NCBI RefSeq assembly: GCF_006345805.1
Contig: NC_043001.1
Span: 44,082,001 to 44,146,000 of the forward strand
Source: Octopus sinensis
Lineage: Eukaryota
Direction of reading: 5' to 3'
DNA length: 64,000 bases
Of the stretch, positions 62,991 through 64,000 are shown in pieces. How positions within the stretch are numbered: position 1 is the first letter of the stretch; every line of letters begins with the position of its first letter. The notes under the pieces were generated by a model. That model made no database searches, had not been told where the DNA came from, and saw only the letters and a program-made list of their open reading frames with translations. A program made the position numbers and the translations under genes.

Positions 62991-63184
62991 TAAAATGGCA
63001 TAGTTTTTTCATTGTTTTACTTGTTTCAGTCATGTGAAAAAATTCAACTACAGGATTTATTCTTTGTAAGCCTAGTACCTATTCTAACAGTGTATTTTGA
63101 CGAAATCTATGGGAATGTAAACACTGCAACATCAGTTGCCAATCAATGGTGGGGGTATAAACACACACACAAAAACACAAATAT

Positions 63185-63260
<76 letters not shown>

Positions 63261-63292
63261 CTAGCTGAAGGTGACCCGCTCTACGCGCGGGT
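63261..63292 (-). mobile_element. Helitron 3' terminus (different family), at the edge of (TA)n
   Basis: Minus strand ACCCGCGCGTAGAGCGGGTCACCTTCAGCTAG then T. Confidence 0.72.
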
Positions 63293-63329
63293 AAGAGTGT
63301 GGTTGTTACTTTCTGTTGCTTCTTTTCAG

Positions 63330-63639
63330 CACATAAAAAGCACCATCCGAACGTGGCCAATTGCTGCGCCGCCTTGACGTGCTTCTGTGCCGGTGGCACG
63401 TAAAAAGCACCAACCGATCGTTGCCTCTACGAGCCCCCCTGGCACCTGTGCCGGCAGCACGAAAAAAGCACCCGCTACAATCACAGAGTGGTTGGCGTTA
63501 GGAAGGTCATCCACCTGTAGAAACACTGCCAGATCAGACTGGAGCCTGGTGCAGCCTCCTGGCTTCCCAGACCCCGGTCACACTGTCCAACCCGTGCTAG
63601 CACAGAAAATGGACGTTAAACGATGATGATGATGATGAT
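63330..63639 (+). mobile_element. RTE-type 3' UTR / RTE-tailed element with (GAT)n tail
   Basis: GTTGGCGTTAGGAAGG.CATCCA.CTGTAGAAAC block, GGACGTTAAACGATGATGAT end; homologous to 46610-46980. Confidence 0.75.
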
Positions 63640-64000
63640 TCTCCGTCTTTGTTTCTCTCTCCTTTCTCTCTCACTTTCTCACTCTCTTACTTTTCTTTTC
63701 TCTCGGACTCTCCCTCGCTTTCTCTTACTCTCTATCTTTATCTATCTCTCTCCCATTTATAAACAACAGAAGATCTTGAGTAAGTTGAGAAATAAAATAT
63801 TTAGAAAGATCAATCATAAATATCAGGCAGTGGCAACAGAAAGGTCTGCTTCAAGGCAGACAGCAAAATGCTAACATTTAAAAGGGACAGACGAACTTGC
63901 GAGCTGAATAAAAATAATAAAATATTGGAAACTAAAGTTTGAAGGGATAGAATCTGAGGATAGTAGAGTCACCATGGCTGGCATTTCTTAATGACGGACA

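Overview
AT-rich, repeat-saturated eukaryotic DNA; it is not prokaryotic and has no CRISPR array, rRNA or true tRNA gene. The SINE families and the very high microsatellite load resemble an octopus (coleoid cephalopod) genome; this is pattern recognition, not a database result. I found no convincing host protein-coding exon. Almost all supplied ORFs are microsatellite or repeat artefacts. The window holds an internally deleted Helitron with a PIF1-helicase pseudogene, five more Helitron 3' termini, an internally deleted mariner, and several mariner, pogo and hAT MITEs with TIRs and often TSDs. It also holds RTE, CR1 and Penelope-like fragments, a Gypsy-type LTR family with a tRNA-Trp primer-binding site, and dozens of SINEs. 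The most notable signal is a type I hammerhead-ribozyme motif on the minus strand, with the full core, a palindromic helix III and a GUA cleavage triplet. It occurs three times (one intact, one GUU variant, one decayed) in and beside a ~3.2-kb tandem duplication at 47-55 kb. Other signals are many long inverted duplications and palindromes (several anchored at (TA)n tracts), an apparent switch to CpG-decayed repeats right of ~43 kb, and one SINE head carrying three different tails. All alignments and identities were judged by eye.
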